Below, piece by piece: positions 28,809 through 39,835 of a DNA stretch of 64,000 nucleotides. The first letter of the stretch is position 1. Every line of letters starts with the position of its first letter. The DNA lies in the NCBI RefSeq assembly GCF_015062935.1, contig NZ_SUTM01000004.1:25106-89105 (forward strand). Reading direction: 5' to 3'. The position numbers and the translations under genes were made by a program. The DNA comes from Methanobrevibacter sp. GTDB taxonomy: Archaea > Methanobacteriota > Methanobacteria > Methanobacteriales > Methanobacteriaceae. The notes below the pieces were generated by a model that was not told the origin of the DNA, did no database searches, and was given only the letters and a program-made list of their open reading frames with translations.

Positions 28809-30776
28809 ATGAAAGAATTTAAGCTCAAGTCACCTTATAAACCGTTAGGTGACCAGCCAAAAGCAATCAACTCTCTGGCTGAGGGTATAAAAAAAGGCAT
28901 TAAGGAACAGACACTTCTGGGTGTGACCGGTTCAGGTAAGACTTTTACAATGGCAAATGTCATTGAAAAGGTTCAAAAGCCTACTCTTGTTATTTCACAC
29001 AATAAAACTTTAGCTGCACAGCTGTATGAAGAATTCAAGGAATTTTTCCCGGACAATGCAGTAGAGTATTTTGTCAGCTATTATGACTATTACCAGCCGG
29101 AAGCCTATGTTCCACGTACAGATACCTTTATCGATAAGGAAGCATCCATCAACGAAGATATTGACATGATGAGACACTCTGCAACACAGTCTCTGCTTTC
29201 AAGGGATGACGTTATTGTTGTAAGCAGTGTAAGCTGCATTTATGGTATTGGTTCACCGGAGGATTATGGTGAGTTTGCTTTTGGAATTGCAGTGGGAGAC
29301 ATTTATGAGAGATCTGAAATTCTCTCACGTTTGGTTTTTATGCAGTATGAGCGCAATGACATTGAATTTGACCGTGGTCAGTTCAGGGTTCGAGGGGATG
29401 TCATTGAAATCAATCCTGTTCACGGAACACCACCGATAAGAATAGAGCTTTTCGGTGATGAAATCGATGCAATCAGCATTATAGACAAGGTCACAGGAAA
29501 AAAACAGGAATCACTTCAAAGATACATGATTTTCCCCGCAAAGCACTTTGTAGTTGGCCAGGACAAGATGGATGTGGCTCTTGCAAACATCAAACAGGAA
29601 CTTGATGAAAGACTTAATGAGCTGAATTTAACCGGAAAACTCCTTGAAGCACAAAGACTGGAGCAGAGAACCCGCTTTGACATTGAAATGCTTCAGGAGA
29701 TGGGATACTGTCCTGGTGTAGAAAACTATTCAATGCATTTGTCAGGTCGTAACTGGGGAGACAAACCTTATTCCCTTTTAAAATATTTCCCTGATGATTT
29801 CCTGACAATAATCGATGAATCTCACGTTACTGTTCCTCAAATCAGGGGAATGTATAATGGTGACAGGGCACGTAAGGAAACCCTGGTTGAATACGGTTTC
29901 AGACTGCCTTCCGCTAAGGAAAACCGTCCTTTGAGATTTGATGAGTTTGAATCATCCGTCAATCAGGTAATCTATGTATCTGCAACACCTGCACAATATG
30001 AACTTGCAAAATCAAGAAACGTTGTTGAGCAGATTATCAGACCTACAGGACTGGTTGACCCTGAAGTTATCATAAGACCGGTTACAGGACAAGTTGAAGA
30101 CTTGCTTGAAGAGGTTAGAAAAACAGCCAAAAAGGACGAAAGAGTACTTGTAACCACATTAACAAAGAGAATGGCTGAAGATTTAACAGATTATTATGCA
30201 AGAATTGGCGTTAAAGTAAGATATATGCATTCTGAAATCGACACATTGGAGAGAATTGACATTGTTGATGATTTGAGACGTGGTAAATTCGATGTGCTGG
30301 TCGGTGTAAACCTTTTAAGGGAAGGTCTGGATTTGCCTGAAGTGTCTCTGGTAGCTATTCTGGATGCTGATAAGGAAGGATTTTTAAGAAATCAGACTTC
30401 ACTGATACAGACTATAGGGCGTGCTGCAAGAAACGTCAACGGCCGTGTAATAATGTATGTGGATGAAATGACTGATTCAGTTCAAAATGCATACGACATC
30501 ACTCTCAAAAGGCGTAAGCTGCAGATGAAATACAATGAAGTTCATGGAATCACACCAAAATCCACTCAGAGAACCTTAAAAGAAAAAATTGCTGAGGAAG
30601 AGGAAAAATACAAAGGCCTTACAGGTGCCGAAGTTGATAAAATGCCTAAGGATGAACTTCGCTTATTGATTAAAGATCTGGAAAAGGACATGAAGGAAGC
30701 AGCTGCAAGGCTTGACTTTGAAAGAGCTGCTGAGCTGAGAAACAAACTTTATGCTTTAAAGGGTTTTGACAAGTAA
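28809..30776 (+). CDS. uvrB: Excinuclease ABC subunit B
   Basis: [31 protein letters not shown] beta-hairpin, [20 protein letters not shown]-terminal [10 protein letters not shown]. Confidence 0.98.
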   Translation: MKEFKLKSPYKPLGDQPKAINSLAEGIKKGIKEQTLLGVTGSGKTFTMANVIEKVQKPTLVISHNKTLAAQLYEEFKEFFPDNAVEYFVSYYDYYQPEAYVPRTDTFIDKEASINEDIDMMRHSATQSLLSRDDVIVVSSVSCIYGIGSPEDYGEFAFGIAVGDIYERSEILSRLVFMQYERNDIEFDRGQFRVRGDVIEINPVHGTPPIRIELFGDEIDAISIIDKVTGKKQESLQRYMIFPAKHFVVGQDKMDVALANIKQELDERLNELNLTGKLLEAQRLEQRTRFDIEMLQEMGYCPGVENYSMHLSGRNWGDKPYSLLKYFPDDFLTIIDESHVTVPQIRGMYNGDRARKETLVEYGFRLPSAKENRPLRFDEFESSVNQVIYVSATPAQYELAKSRNVVEQIIRPTGLVDPEVIIRPVTGQVEDLLEEVRKTAKKDERVLVTTLTKRMAEDLTDYYARIGVKVRYMHSEIDTLERIDIVDDLRRGKFDVLVGVNLLREGLDLPEVSLVAILDADKEGFLRNQTSLIQTIGRAARNVNGRVIMYVDEMTDSVQNAYDITLKRRKLQMKYNEVHGITPKSTQRTLKEKIAEEEEKYKGLTGAEVDKMPKDELRLLIKDLEKDMKEAAARLDFERAAELRNKLYALKGFDK

Positions 30777-30967
30777 TTGTCTCTGTATTTTAATTTTTAA
30801 TTATTTTTTTAAGTTAAAATAATTTTTATTTTTCTTTAAAATATTATTAAAAGATTATAATTTTGTTTTAGCTTTATATAGAAATATATATTAAGTTTAA
30901 AGTTAAACTAATAATTATAATCAATTTTGAGTATTTTTTAAGTATTATTTTTAATTTTAGTATTTTT

Positions 30968-30998
30968 ATATTTTAGGAAATATTACTTTCTAAAATAT
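30968..30998 (+). promoter_or_regulatory. Inverted repeat upstream of the antitoxin gene; candidate autoregulatory operator
   Basis: ATATTTTAG(G)AAA-tattac-TTTCTAAAATAT, about 40-70 nt before the antitoxin ATG. Confidence 0.4.
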
Positions 30999-31037
30999 TA
31001 AATATTAGGAATTTTAAACAATTAGATAAGTGATATT

Positions 31038-31280
31038 ATGGATGGCATTGTCAGTTCAAAAATATATAAGGGATTTCAGACAGTTATTCCAAGTAAAATT
31101 AGGGATGAGATTGGAATAACTTTAGAAGATACTCTTAATTGGAGAGTTGAAAAGGATGTGATTATTGTGGAAGTGGAAAAACAAAGACCTTTATCTGATT
31201 TAGCGAAATTTGCAATTTCTCTTGATGAAGAAACTGATGTTGTTGATTTGAAAAGAAAATCAGGTAGAGGGGAATTATAG
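31038..31280 (+). CDS. vapB: AbrB/MazE-fold antitoxin
   Basis: KIYKGFQTVIPSKIRDEIGITLEDTLNW swapped-hairpin pattern; stop overlaps the toxin GTG (TAGTG). Confidence 0.85.
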   Translation: MDGIVSSKIYKGFQTVIPSKIRDEIGITLEDTLNWRVEKDVIIVEVEKQRPLSDLAKFAISLDEETDVVDLKRKSGRGEL

Positions 31281-31675
31281 TGATATTTGTTGACACTACA
31301 TTTTTGATAGCATTATTGATTAAAACAGATTCTCATCATGAAACTGCTTTAAAGATAAGCGATTCTATTCATGAGAGGAAAGTCATTAACAATACTGTAC
31401 TTAATGAAACATTAAATTCTTTTACCGGTAAAGGCGGAAAGGTTGGAAAAGAATTATTCAGAGTAATTAATGAAATGTTTGATATCAAATATTTGTCTGA
31501 TTCAGATTATGAAGCTGCGATTGATATCTATTTGAACTATGATTCTGCTATAAATTATTCCGATTGTACAATTTTGACTACTATGTTTCAGAATGGGATT
31601 AGTAAAATTGTTACTTTTGATTCTGATTTTGAAAAAATTAAAGGTCTCACAATTTGGGACGAAAATTTTGAATAG
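31280..31675 (+). CDS. vapC: PIN-domain ribonuclease toxin
   Basis: IFVDTTFLIAL, NTVLNET, YSDC, VTFDSDF: the four acidic PIN positions are present. Confidence 0.9.
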   Translation: MIFVDTTFLIALLIKTDSHHETALKISDSIHERKVINNTVLNETLNSFTGKGGKVGKELFRVINEMFDIKYLSDSDYEAAIDIYLNYDSAINYSDCTILTTMFQNGISKIVTFDSDFEKIKGLTIWDENFE

Positions 31676-31750
31676 TTGTCAAGTGCTCTCTCAAATACTT
31701 TATAAGTAAGTTTGTTCTAATATTATATAACTAATTTTTAGGAGTGTATT

Positions 31751-34639
31751 ATGGCAGAAGATTCTAGAAAAAAAATTGTCATCAAGGGTGCGCGTGAGCA
31801 CAATTTGCAGGATATTGATGTCAGTGTCCCTCGTGATGAATTTATTGTAATTACAGGTCTCAGTGGGTCTGGAAAGTCATCTTTAGCTTTTGATACTATT
31901 TATGCTGAAGGACAGCGTAGATATGTTGAATCCCTTTCTGCTTATGCAAGGCAATTCCTGGGGCAGATGAAAAAACCTGAAATGGAATCCATTGAGGGTT
32001 TGTCTCCGGCCATTTCAATTGACCAGAAAACAACAAGGGAAAACCCGAGATCAACTGTAGGTACAATTACAGAAATTTATGATTATCTAAGATTATTATT
32101 TGCAAGGATTGGTATTCCTCACTGTCCTAACTGTGGAAAGGAGATTTCCCATCAGACCATTGGCCAGATTGGAGATTCCATCATCGAGGAAGGTGAAGGA
32201 TTAAAAATCCATATCCTGGCACCAATTGTTCGTGATAAGAAAGGTCAGTTCAAGGATGTTCTTGAAGACCTCAGAAACAAAGGTTTTGTAAGGGTTCGTG
32301 TTGATGGGGAAGTCAGGGACCTGGATGAGGACATTCAGCTTGCAAAGACATATAGGCACGATATTGATGTTGTGGTTGACAGGCTGAAAATAAGAAAGAA
32401 TGTTGATTTTAAAAGAAGACTTGTTGATTCTTTGGAAACTGCAACTGAGCTTACAGAAGGGCTTGTTACAGTTTTATTTGACAATGGTGAAAAGGAGTAT
32501 GAGAAAAAATACTCAGAACACTTTGCATGTGTTGACTGTGGAATAAACTTTGAAGAGCTTACTCCAAGGATGTTTTCATTCAACGCTCCGCAGGGGGCAT
32601 GTCCTGAATGTAACGGTATTGGTTCAAAAATGGAAATCGACCCTGATTTGGTTGTTCCAGACAAGTCATTGTCACTCAATGAGGGAGCTATTGTTCCGTG
32701 GGCAAGTTCCAAAAAACGGGAAAATTACTACTATCAGATGCTTGATGCGGTATCAAAGCACTTCAAATTCAGTATGGACACTCCTTTTGAAGAGCTTTCA
32801 AAAGCCCATCAGGATGCAGTCCTTTTCGGATGTGATGAGAAAATTCCGTTCACATTTAAAAGAAGAAACAAATCATATATGGTCAACCGCAGATTTGAAG
32901 GTGTTGTTCCAAGAATGCAAAGGTTATACTTTGAGACAAAATCAAGCTATTCAAGAAAATACCTTTCAAAATTCATGTCTGACAGAAAATGTTATGTCTG
33001 TGACGGTAAAAGGTTAAGGCCTGAAATATTGGCCGTTACTGTTGGTGGAAAATCAATCATTGACGTTTGTGATTTGGCAATTAAGGATTCATATCAGTTC
33101 TTCCAGGATCTTGAACTTACGGAACGTGAAAATTTCATTGCAAAAGAGGTTTTAAAAGAAATTAAGGAACGTTTAAGCTTTTTGGTTGAAGTAGGTCTGG
33201 ATTATCTGTCAATGTCAAGGTCTTCAGGTACTCTTTCAGGTGGGGAAGCTCAAAGAATCAGACTGGCTACCCAAATAGGTTCAGGTCTTGTAGGTGTTCT
33301 ATACATTCTCGACGAGCCAAGTATAGGTCTTCACCAAAGGGATAATATCAAGCTGATTGAAGCTTTAAAAAGACTTAAAGATCTGGGAAATACTTTGGTT
33401 GTTGTTGAACACGATGAAGAGACAATTTTATCTGCTGACCATGTTGTTGATATAGGTCCAGGTGCAGGTGAGCATGGGGGTAAGGTTGTTGCTCAGGGAA
33501 CACCTCTGGACATAATGAACAATCCTGATTCAATAACAGGCCAGTACATTTCAAGAACTAAAAAGATAGAAATTCCTAAAGAAAGACGTCCTGGAAACGG
33601 CAAATTCATAAAGATTATTGGTGCTGAGCAGAATAACCTGAAAAATATTGATGTGGAAATTCCATTAGGTAAATTTACATGCGTAACAGGTGTGAGCGGT
33701 TCAGGTAAAAGTAGTCTAATCAATGAAATCCTCTACAAGGGCGCTCACGGCAAGTTATCCAAAAAATTCATGTTCGCAGGCAAGTACAAGGAAATTGAAG
33801 GACTGGAGAACATTGATAAAGTTATTGCAATTGACCAGAAACCAATTGGAAGAACTCCAAGATCAAACCCTGCAACATACACAGGTGTATTCACTGATAT
33901 TCGTGATTTGTTTGCAAATACTCCAGAATCAAAAGCCAGGGGATACAAACCTGGAAGATTCTCATTCAACGTTAAAGGCGGAAGATGTGAAGCATGTTCC
34001 GGTGACGGTATTGTACAGATTGAAATGCACTTCTTGGCTGACGTTTATGTTCCATGTGAAGTCTGTGGCGGTAAAAGATACAATGAAGAGACTCTGGATA
34101 TAAGATACAAAGGTAAAAATATCTATGAAGTCCTTGAAATGACTGTTGAAGAGGCATTGGAATTCTTTGAAAACATTCCAAAAATCACCAAAAAACTTCA
34201 GACTTTATATGATGTGGGATTGGGCTATATGAAGATAGGTCAGCCTGCAACTACACTGTCCGGTGGGGAAGCTCAAAGGATTAAACTTGCTAAGGAACTT
34301 TCAAGAACAAGTACTGGTAAAACACTGTATATTCTGGATGAGCCTACTACAGGTCTTCACTTTGCAGATATTAAAAGATTACTGGAAGTATTGGCCAGAT
34401 TAACTGATGCCGGAAACTCTGTAGTTGTTATTGAACATAACTTGGATGTTATTAAAACTGCAGACCACATTATTGACCTTGGTCCTGAAGGAGGGGATGG
34501 CGGTGGTGAGGTCATTGCTACTGGAACTCCTGAAGAGATTGCCGAAGCAGGAACCTACACTGGTCAGTTCTTAGAGCGTATGCTTGATGAAAACATTACT
34601 CCTTATGCAAAAGAATTGGTAGAAGATATCGGTAAATGA
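31751..34639 (+). CDS. uvrA: Excinuclease ABC subunit A
   Basis: GAREHNL, two Walker A motifs ([16 protein letters not shown]), two LSGGE signatures, zinc fingers, LDEP. Confidence 0.98.
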   Translation: MAEDSRKKIVIKGAREHNLQDIDVSVPRDEFIVITGLSGSGKSSLAFDTIYAEGQRRYVESLSAYARQFLGQMKKPEMESIEGLSPAISIDQKTTRENPRSTVGTITEIYDYLRLLFARIGIPHCPNCGKEISHQTIGQIGDSIIEEGEGLKIHILAPIVRDKKGQFKDVLEDLRNKGFVRVRVDGEVRDLDEDIQLAKTYRHDIDVVVDRLKIRKNVDFKRRLVDSLETATELTEGLVTVLFDNGEKEYEKKYSEHFACVDCGINFEELTPRMFSFNAPQGACPECNGIGSKMEIDPDLVVPDKSLSLNEGAIVPWASSKKRENYYYQMLDAVSKHFKFSMDTPFEELSKAHQDAVLFGCDEKIPFTFKRRNKSYMVNRRFEGVVPRMQRLYFETKSSYSRKYLSKFMSDRKCYVCDGKRLRPEILAVTVGGKSIIDVCDLAIKDSYQFFQDLELTERENFIAKEVLKEIKERLSFLVEVGLDYLSMSRSSGTLSGGEAQRIRLATQIGSGLVGVLYILDEPSIGLHQRDNIKLIEALKRLKDLGNTLVVVEHDEETILSADHVVDIGPGAGEHGGKVVAQGTPLDIMNNPDSITGQYISRTKKIEIPKERRPGNGKFIKIIGAEQNNLKNIDVEIPLGKFTCVTGVSGSGKSSLINEILYKGAHGKLSKKFMFAGKYKEIEGLENIDKVIAIDQKPIGRTPRSNPATYTGVFTDIRDLFANTPESKARGYKPGRFSFNVKGGRCEACSGDGIVQIEMHFLADVYVPCEVCGGKRYNEETLDIRYKGKNIYEVLEMTVEEALEFFENIPKITKKLQTLYDVGLGYMKIGQPATTLSGGEAQRIKLAKELSRTSTGKTLYILDEPTTGLHFADIKRLLEVLARLTDAGNSVVVIEHNLDVIKTADHIIDLGPEGGDGGGEVIATGTPEEIAEAGTYTGQFLERMLDENITPYAKELVEDIGK

Positions 34640-34679
34640 TTTCTTCTATTTTCTCTATTTTTTTTAATTTTTCTTAACA

Positions 34680-34728
34680 TTTATATACTATCTTGTTCAA
34701 TATATTTTTATCGGAAAGTATCTTCCGA
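34680..34728 (+). promoter_or_regulatory. amtB-glnK promoter: TATA box plus NrpR operator
   Basis: TTTATATA at 34680-87 and the palindrome TCGGAA-agtatc-TTCCGA at 34711-28, matching the methanogen NrpR consensus GGAA-N6-TTCC and lying over the expected transcription start. Confidence 0.85.
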
Positions 34729-34762
34729 CAATATTATTCCTATTAATAATTTGGTGTTTATT

Positions 34763-35971
34763 ATGGTATTAAGTACAGGTAATACTGCTTGGATGCTTGT
34801 TGCAACAATAATGGTTTTATTGATGAGCGTTCCAGGTATAGCATTTTTTTATGGTGGTTTATCAAAAAGAAAGAATGTATTGAACTCAATGTTTTTATCG
34901 CTTATTGCATTTGCAATAGCTAGTATAATATGGATTTTATACGGATATCAGATTGCATTTTCCCCTGATAGTCTTTCAGGAATAATTGGAATTCCTCAAA
35001 GCTTGCTTATGGAGGGAATCGGTGTTGACTCTCTTACAGGAACCATTCCGACATTTGTTTATGCAGGTTTTCAGCTAACATTTGCGGCACTGACAGCAGC
35101 TGTAGTTTCAGGTGCAATCGTTGGAAGGATGAAAACCAAATCATGGATTCTCTTTACCGTATTATGGGTAACATTGGTCTATATTCCTATATGTCACTGG
35201 ATATGGGGTGGCGGATGGCTGATGAATATGGGAGCAATTGATTTTGCAGGAGGAGTTGCAGTAGAGGTCAACTCAGGTTTTTCAGCTCTTGCACTTGCAC
35301 TTATATTAGGTAAAAGAAGAGACACTTCACTGCTTCCACACAACTTGGGATATTCAATTTTAGGAGCAGGATTTCTATGGTTCGGTTGGATGGGATTCAA
35401 TGGAGGTTCAGCTCTTGCAGCAAACGGACTTGCAGGTTCAGCTATCCTTGTTTCCAACACTGCAGCGGCAGTGGCAATGATTGCATGGGTAATACTTGAT
35501 GTAATGAAAATCGGAAAACCAACAGTTCTTGGCGCAATAACCGGTGCAGTTGCAGGTCTTGTTGCAATCACTCCGGCTGCAGGTTTTGTTTCCCTTTCAG
35601 GATCAATTGTCATAGGTTTAGGTGCAGCTCTTATATCTTATTATGCAGTTTACAATCTCAAGGACAGATTCGGATATGATGATGCTTTGGATGTATTCGG
35701 TGTTCATGGTCTTTCAGGCGTATGGGGAATGATAGCAACAGGACTGTTTGCATCTCCGGCAATTAACGGCGTTGCAGGATTATTCTATGGAAATCCTGAC
35801 CAGCTGATTATTCAGCTTATAGCAGTTGTTGCAACAGCGACATACACATTTGTGGTAAGTATTTTAATAGCAAAAGCATTAGATATAACTGTAGGATTAA
35901 GAGTTGAAGATAAGGAAGAAATCACAGGCCTTGATTCAGCATTGCACAAGGAATCAGGTTACAGAATTTAA
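34763..35971 (+). CDS. amtB: Ammonium transporter
   Basis: [58 protein letters not shown] at 34763 chosen over the track's TTG at 34751. Confidence 0.96.
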   Translation: MVLSTGNTAWMLVATIMVLLMSVPGIAFFYGGLSKRKNVLNSMFLSLIAFAIASIIWILYGYQIAFSPDSLSGIIGIPQSLLMEGIGVDSLTGTIPTFVYAGFQLTFAALTAAVVSGAIVGRMKTKSWILFTVLWVTLVYIPICHWIWGGGWLMNMGAIDFAGGVAVEVNSGFSALALALILGKRRDTSLLPHNLGYSILGAGFLWFGWMGFNGGSALAANGLAGSAILVSNTAAAVAMIAWVILDVMKIGKPTVLGAITGAVAGLVAITPAAGFVSLSGSIVIGLGAALISYYAVYNLKDRFGYDDALDVFGVHGLSGVWGMIATGLFASPAINGVAGLFYGNPDQLIIQLIAVVATATYTFVVSILIAKALDITVGLRVEDKEEITGLDSALHKESGYRI

Positions 35972-35988
35972 TAATTATTGGTGATAAT

Positions 35989-36327
35989 ATGAAAAGGATT
36001 ATAGCTGTTATCAGAGAAGAGATGTTTGACAATGTAAAAGCGGCTCTTTTAAAAGCCGGATGTGAAGGAATGAATGTCTCTACAGTCAAAGGAAGGGGCA
36101 GACAAATGGGCATTCGCGAATCCTACAGGGGTTCAAGCTACTGTGTGGATTTGATTCCTAAAACAAGGGTTGAACTTATTGTAAACGAGGATGATCTGGA
36201 CAGGATTATTGACGTTATTATCGAAAGCGCAAGAACTGGCGAAGTCGGTGACGGTAAGATATTTGTCTCTGATGTTGAAGAGGTAATAAGAATCAGAACC
36301 GGTGAGCGAGGTTCTGATGCAGTTTAG
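35989..36327 (+). CDS. glnK: P-II nitrogen regulatory protein
   Basis: 112 aa; VKGRGRQ, T-loop YRGSSY, PKTRVELIV, TGEVGDGKIFV, IRIRTGERG. Confidence 0.96.
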   Translation: MKRIIAVIREEMFDNVKAALLKAGCEGMNVSTVKGRGRQMGIRESYRGSSYCVDLIPKTRVELIVNEDDLDRIIDVIIESARTGEVGDGKIFVSDVEEVIRIRTGERGSDAV

Positions 36328-36343
36328 CTGAAAAATTTTAATG

Positions 36344-36380
36344 AGTGGAATAATTTTTCCACTTCAATTTTTTATTTTAT
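36344..36380 (+). terminator. Terminator hairpin after glnK (also matches GGAA-N6-TTCC)
   Basis: AGTGGAA-taattt-TTCCACT followed by T tracts. Confidence 0.6.
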
Positions 36381-36519
36381 TCAACTATTTTTATATTCAT
36401 TAAACATTTAACAATCTCTTTTTTGCTTTAAAAAATTATTTAAACAAATTTAAATAATATGGTGAATAATTTATTATTATCTAAGAGTATATTTTGCTCT
36501 TATTACCTAGGTGATAAAA

Positions 36520-38019
36520 ATGAGAGAGTTATATGAAAAAATGATAAACGAGTCAATGGCTGCTCAAAAGGCAGATGTTGCCGTTATATCAGAAAATAGA
36601 TACAATGACTTTAAAATTACTGATGCAAAACCTTATGCAGATGCAGTAGCCGGCATGACTGCACTTGACAACCAGGCAGAATCAGTAATCAACTTGCACA
36701 AGGAATCTGTAAAAAACCATTACGAAATACTGTCTTCAATTACAGACACATTAAAATGTGAAGATGACCCGTTCATTGAACACTTCCAGACTCCTCCTGT
36801 ACTTGAAATCTTATGTGAAGAAGACGGCGAATTTGCAGACAGTGTAGACAAATTCATTCAGGCAATCGCAGATAATGAAGCCCTTGTTGCAAAAGAATCA
36901 ATCAGAAGATACGGAGGATTCTACGGACCAACATGTGTAGTGGACTTTGCTTTGATGCCTGGAAGTACCAGTAATGTTGTAAATCAGATACTTCAAAAAA
37001 CTGACATTCCTGAAGATCACAAACAAGCGATTCTATCTGCAAAATCATGGGGTATGAACACTTCCTATGGTATTGGTGATGCATTTGCAAATGCTATTGA
37101 AGCTGGAGCAACTGCAGCTGAAGCAACAGAAAAGGAAATTGCGGCATTGCAGATGATTTATAAAACTCCTATCGAAGGACAAGGAACCTTAATGGATGAT
37201 GCTGACCATTCATCATTTGACGTAAGGGACTACATGAACAAATACAAAAAGGCAATGACTTCAACAGTTAAAGCCGCAATGGATGACGGCGTACACTATG
37301 GAAACATTGTAACAGTACCTGCATACTGTGTAGGTGATATTGGACACCACATAGGTCAATCAACCTACAACATGTGTAAGGATGACGTAACTTTAGCTAT
37401 CGTTCAGGCAACTGCAGATGTTATCGGAAACACATTAACATCAAACCTTGATAACTATAAATCTGAATTCGATGTGCTTAAATTAGCTACCGGTTCATCA
37501 GCATGCGCCACAGAATTCATCCTGGAACTTGATGGATTCAATGCTCCAATGGTAGTGGACTTGTTCTCCAAAAGATTCCACAACTTTGTACAGCAATATC
37601 CAACAAGAGGTGCAGCAGCTGAGTTGCATAACTGTGACTTCATGGACATGATTTACAGAGGATTTAATGCAATCAGTGCAGCCCGTAAGTTCAGAGCAGG
37701 AATCGGCGGTGAATTAGTGCCAAAAATCAATGGATTTGCAGTTGACTTAAGTCCAATTCTTGAAAGTGAAATCGTAATGAACCCACAAAGATACACTTAT
37801 CCTGCATGTGCAATTACAGTAAGATTCTCTTCACTCATGAGATTAGCAGACTATCCATGTCTTTTAACTTCAGAACCAATTACAGCAACCATGATGACAA
37901 ACATCATTGCACTTAACAAAGGAGCACCAGGATCACCTGTAAGAGGTTGTAAAAACTGTGCTGCTGCTTCACTTGTGGACAACAAACACGAATACTGTCA
38001 ATGGAGAGAAGCTGTATAG
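36520..38019 (+). CDS. Conserved methanogen protein of unknown function (DUF2193-like)
   Basis: MRELYEKMINESMAAQKADV N-terminus, GFYGPTCVVDFAL, Cys-rich C-terminus; family assigned from memory. ATG at 36520 follows an AGGTGAT RBS. Confidence 0.7.
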   Translation: MRELYEKMINESMAAQKADVAVISENRYNDFKITDAKPYADAVAGMTALDNQAESVINLHKESVKNHYEILSSITDTLKCEDDPFIEHFQTPPVLEILCEEDGEFADSVDKFIQAIADNEALVAKESIRRYGGFYGPTCVVDFALMPGSTSNVVNQILQKTDIPEDHKQAILSAKSWGMNTSYGIGDAFANAIEAGATAAEATEKEIAALQMIYKTPIEGQGTLMDDADHSSFDVRDYMNKYKKAMTSTVKAAMDDGVHYGNIVTVPAYCVGDIGHHIGQSTYNMCKDDVTLAIVQATADVIGNTLTSNLDNYKSEFDVLKLATGSSACATEFILELDGFNAPMVVDLFSKRFHNFVQQYPTRGAAAELHNCDFMDMIYRGFNAISAARKFRAGIGGELVPKINGFAVDLSPILESEIVMNPQRYTYPACAITVRFSSLMRLADYPCLLTSEPITATMMTNIIALNKGAPGSPVRGCKNCAAASLVDNKHEYCQWREAV

Positions 38020-38028
38020 GCGATTAAT

Positions 38029-38802
38029 ATGACATGTAATATTAGAAAAAAATTCTTTGCAGAACTTCTGGGAACATTTTTCCTGGTATTTTTCGGTACA
38101 GGTGCTGCTGTTGTAACCCTTCTGATTTCAGAAGATATTACTCCGGGTGCTGCTGGAATTGGACTTTTGGGCGGATTAGGTGACTGGATTGCCATAGCTT
38201 TGGCATTTGGTCTAACTGTAATGATATGTATTTATGTATTCGGTAAGATATCTGGTGCACATTTAAATCCTGCTGTAACCATCGGACTGCTTGTTACTAA
38301 AAACATTGACCTGGTTGACAGTATATATTATATAGTTGCACAGGTAATCGGTGCTTGTATAGGAAGTCTATGTCTTTACTTATGTCTCGGAGCTCCTGCG
38401 GTAACAATAGGAGGACTTGGTGCAACAGCACCTGGACTTGGCGTAAGCTATCTTCAGGCAATGTTTGCAGAATTCTTGGGTACATTCTTCCTTATGATGG
38501 TTGTAATGGGTGTTGCAGTAGACAAAAAAGCGGAACCGGGCTTTGCTGGAATTTCAATCGGTATGACTGTAGCTGCCGTTATTGTTGTTTTAGGTGCATT
38601 TACAGGTGCTTCAATCAACCCTGCACGTACATTCGGACCATATCTTATGGATATGATTCTAGGAGGTCAAAATCTCTGGGGATTATTCCCAATTTATTTG
38701 GTTGGACCTATTCTTGGTGCAATCTGTGCAGCATTCGCATATGCATATCTTGCAAAAGATAGTGGAGTCTGTGAACTTCCACAACCGTTCAACGATGAAT
38801 AA
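38029..38802 (+). CDS. aqpM: Archaeal aquaporin (MIP family)
   Basis: AELLGTFFLVFFG, SGAHLNPAVT and GASINPARTFG NPA boxes; 9 nt after the DUF2193-like gene. Confidence 0.93.
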   Translation: MTCNIRKKFFAELLGTFFLVFFGTGAAVVTLLISEDITPGAAGIGLLGGLGDWIAIALAFGLTVMICIYVFGKISGAHLNPAVTIGLLVTKNIDLVDSIYYIVAQVIGACIGSLCLYLCLGAPAVTIGGLGATAPGLGVSYLQAMFAEFLGTFFLMMVVMGVAVDKKAEPGFAGISIGMTVAAVIVVLGAFTGASINPARTFGPYLMDMILGGQNLWGLFPIYLVGPILGAICAAFAYAYLAKDSGVCELPQPFNDE

Positions 38803-38837
38803 TTCTTTTTAGAATTATTCTTCATTTTCTTTTTTTG
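38797..38837 (+). terminator. Terminator after aqpM
   Basis: GAATAATTCT-tttt-AGAATTATTC perfect 10-bp stem followed by a T tract. Confidence 0.7.
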
Positions 38838-38895
38838 ATAATCTATTTAAAACAGTTCAGCCTAATATTTATATAATTACTATTTGGGTGATAAA

Positions 38896-39768
38896 TTGAA
38901 TTTTAATATTAAGGAAGCTATTTTAATTTTCATTCGCGGAGTTCTGATGGGCTCTGCAGATATTGTTCCGGGTGTTTCAGGAGGAACAATAGCTTTAATT
39001 ACAGGTATTTATGGCCACCTGGTTGAAGCAATCAGTAAAATCAGTTTTGGATTTGTAAAACCTCTCTTTAAAGGGGATTTAAGGGGATTTTGGTCCAAAC
39101 TGCTTGAAGAAATTGATTTTAAGTTTTTCATTCCGTTAATCTTGGGTATTGGAGTTGCATTTCTGACTTTAGCTAAAGTCGTTACCTACTGTATGGATGT
39201 TCACACTGCACTTACATATTCATTCTTTTTGGGACTGATTATAGCTTCAGCGGTAATCTTATTTAAAAAGATTAAAAAAATCAACATTAAACATGTGGTT
39301 TTTGCAGTAATAGGTATGATATTAACATATATCTTTGTAAGCCTCAATCCAATAGCAGCTAACCATTCCCTGCTTGTTTTATTCATTTCAGGTATGATTG
39401 CAATCTGTGCAATGATTCTTCCAGGTATTTCAGGTTCATTTCTGCTGTTGCTGTTAGGTCAGTATGAATACATGCTGAATGCACTTCACCAGTTTCACCT
39501 GTCTGAAATCATAGTGTTTGTAGTTGGTGCCCTAATCGGTATTCTAGGATTTTCCAAAATCCTCAACTTCCTTTTAAAAAATCATGAGGAAGTTACAATG
39601 GCATTTCTTATTGGTGTAATGCTTGGATCACTTAAGGTTCCGGCTGTAGAGGTAACAAATGCAGTAAGTTTAAACTTTGCAGGACTCCTGCCTTGCCTGA
39701 TTGTTGCCGTAATAGGATTTGTTTTAATTATCATATTGGAAACCAGATTTGATTACATCGAACAGTAA
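38896..39768 (+). CDS. DUF368 membrane protein (polyprenyl-phosphate translocase family)
   Basis: Twin MGSADIVPGVSGGTIA and AICAMILPGISGSFLLL re-entrant motifs. TTG at 38896 follows a GGTGAT RBS (the track starts at 38884). Confidence 0.88.
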   Translation: MNFNIKEAILIFIRGVLMGSADIVPGVSGGTIALITGIYGHLVEAISKISFGFVKPLFKGDLRGFWSKLLEEIDFKFFIPLILGIGVAFLTLAKVVTYCMDVHTALTYSFFLGLIIASAVILFKKIKKINIKHVVFAVIGMILTYIFVSLNPIAANHSLLVLFISGMIAICAMILPGISGSFLLLLLGQYEYMLNALHQFHLSEIIVFVVGALIGILGFSKILNFLLKNHEEVTMAFLIGVMLGSLKVPAVEVTNAVSLNFAGLLPCLIVAVIGFVLIIILETRFDYIEQ

Positions 39769-39835
39769 TCAAATTTAAAACTTTTTTTTTAAATTTATTT
39801 AAATTTATTAACAATTAAAAATATATCTTAATATA

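Noticed and set aside
25067-36327. DraG-GlnK-AmtB nitrogenase switch-off circuit
   Set aside because: The genes are ~9 kb apart with unrelated genes between, and there is no draT or nif here; ARH homologues are widespread.
38355-38762. 135-aa alternate-frame ORF inside aqpM
   Set aside because: Cys/Arg/Tyr-rich frame-shift shadow of a Gly/Ala/Val-rich membrane gene; no independent support.
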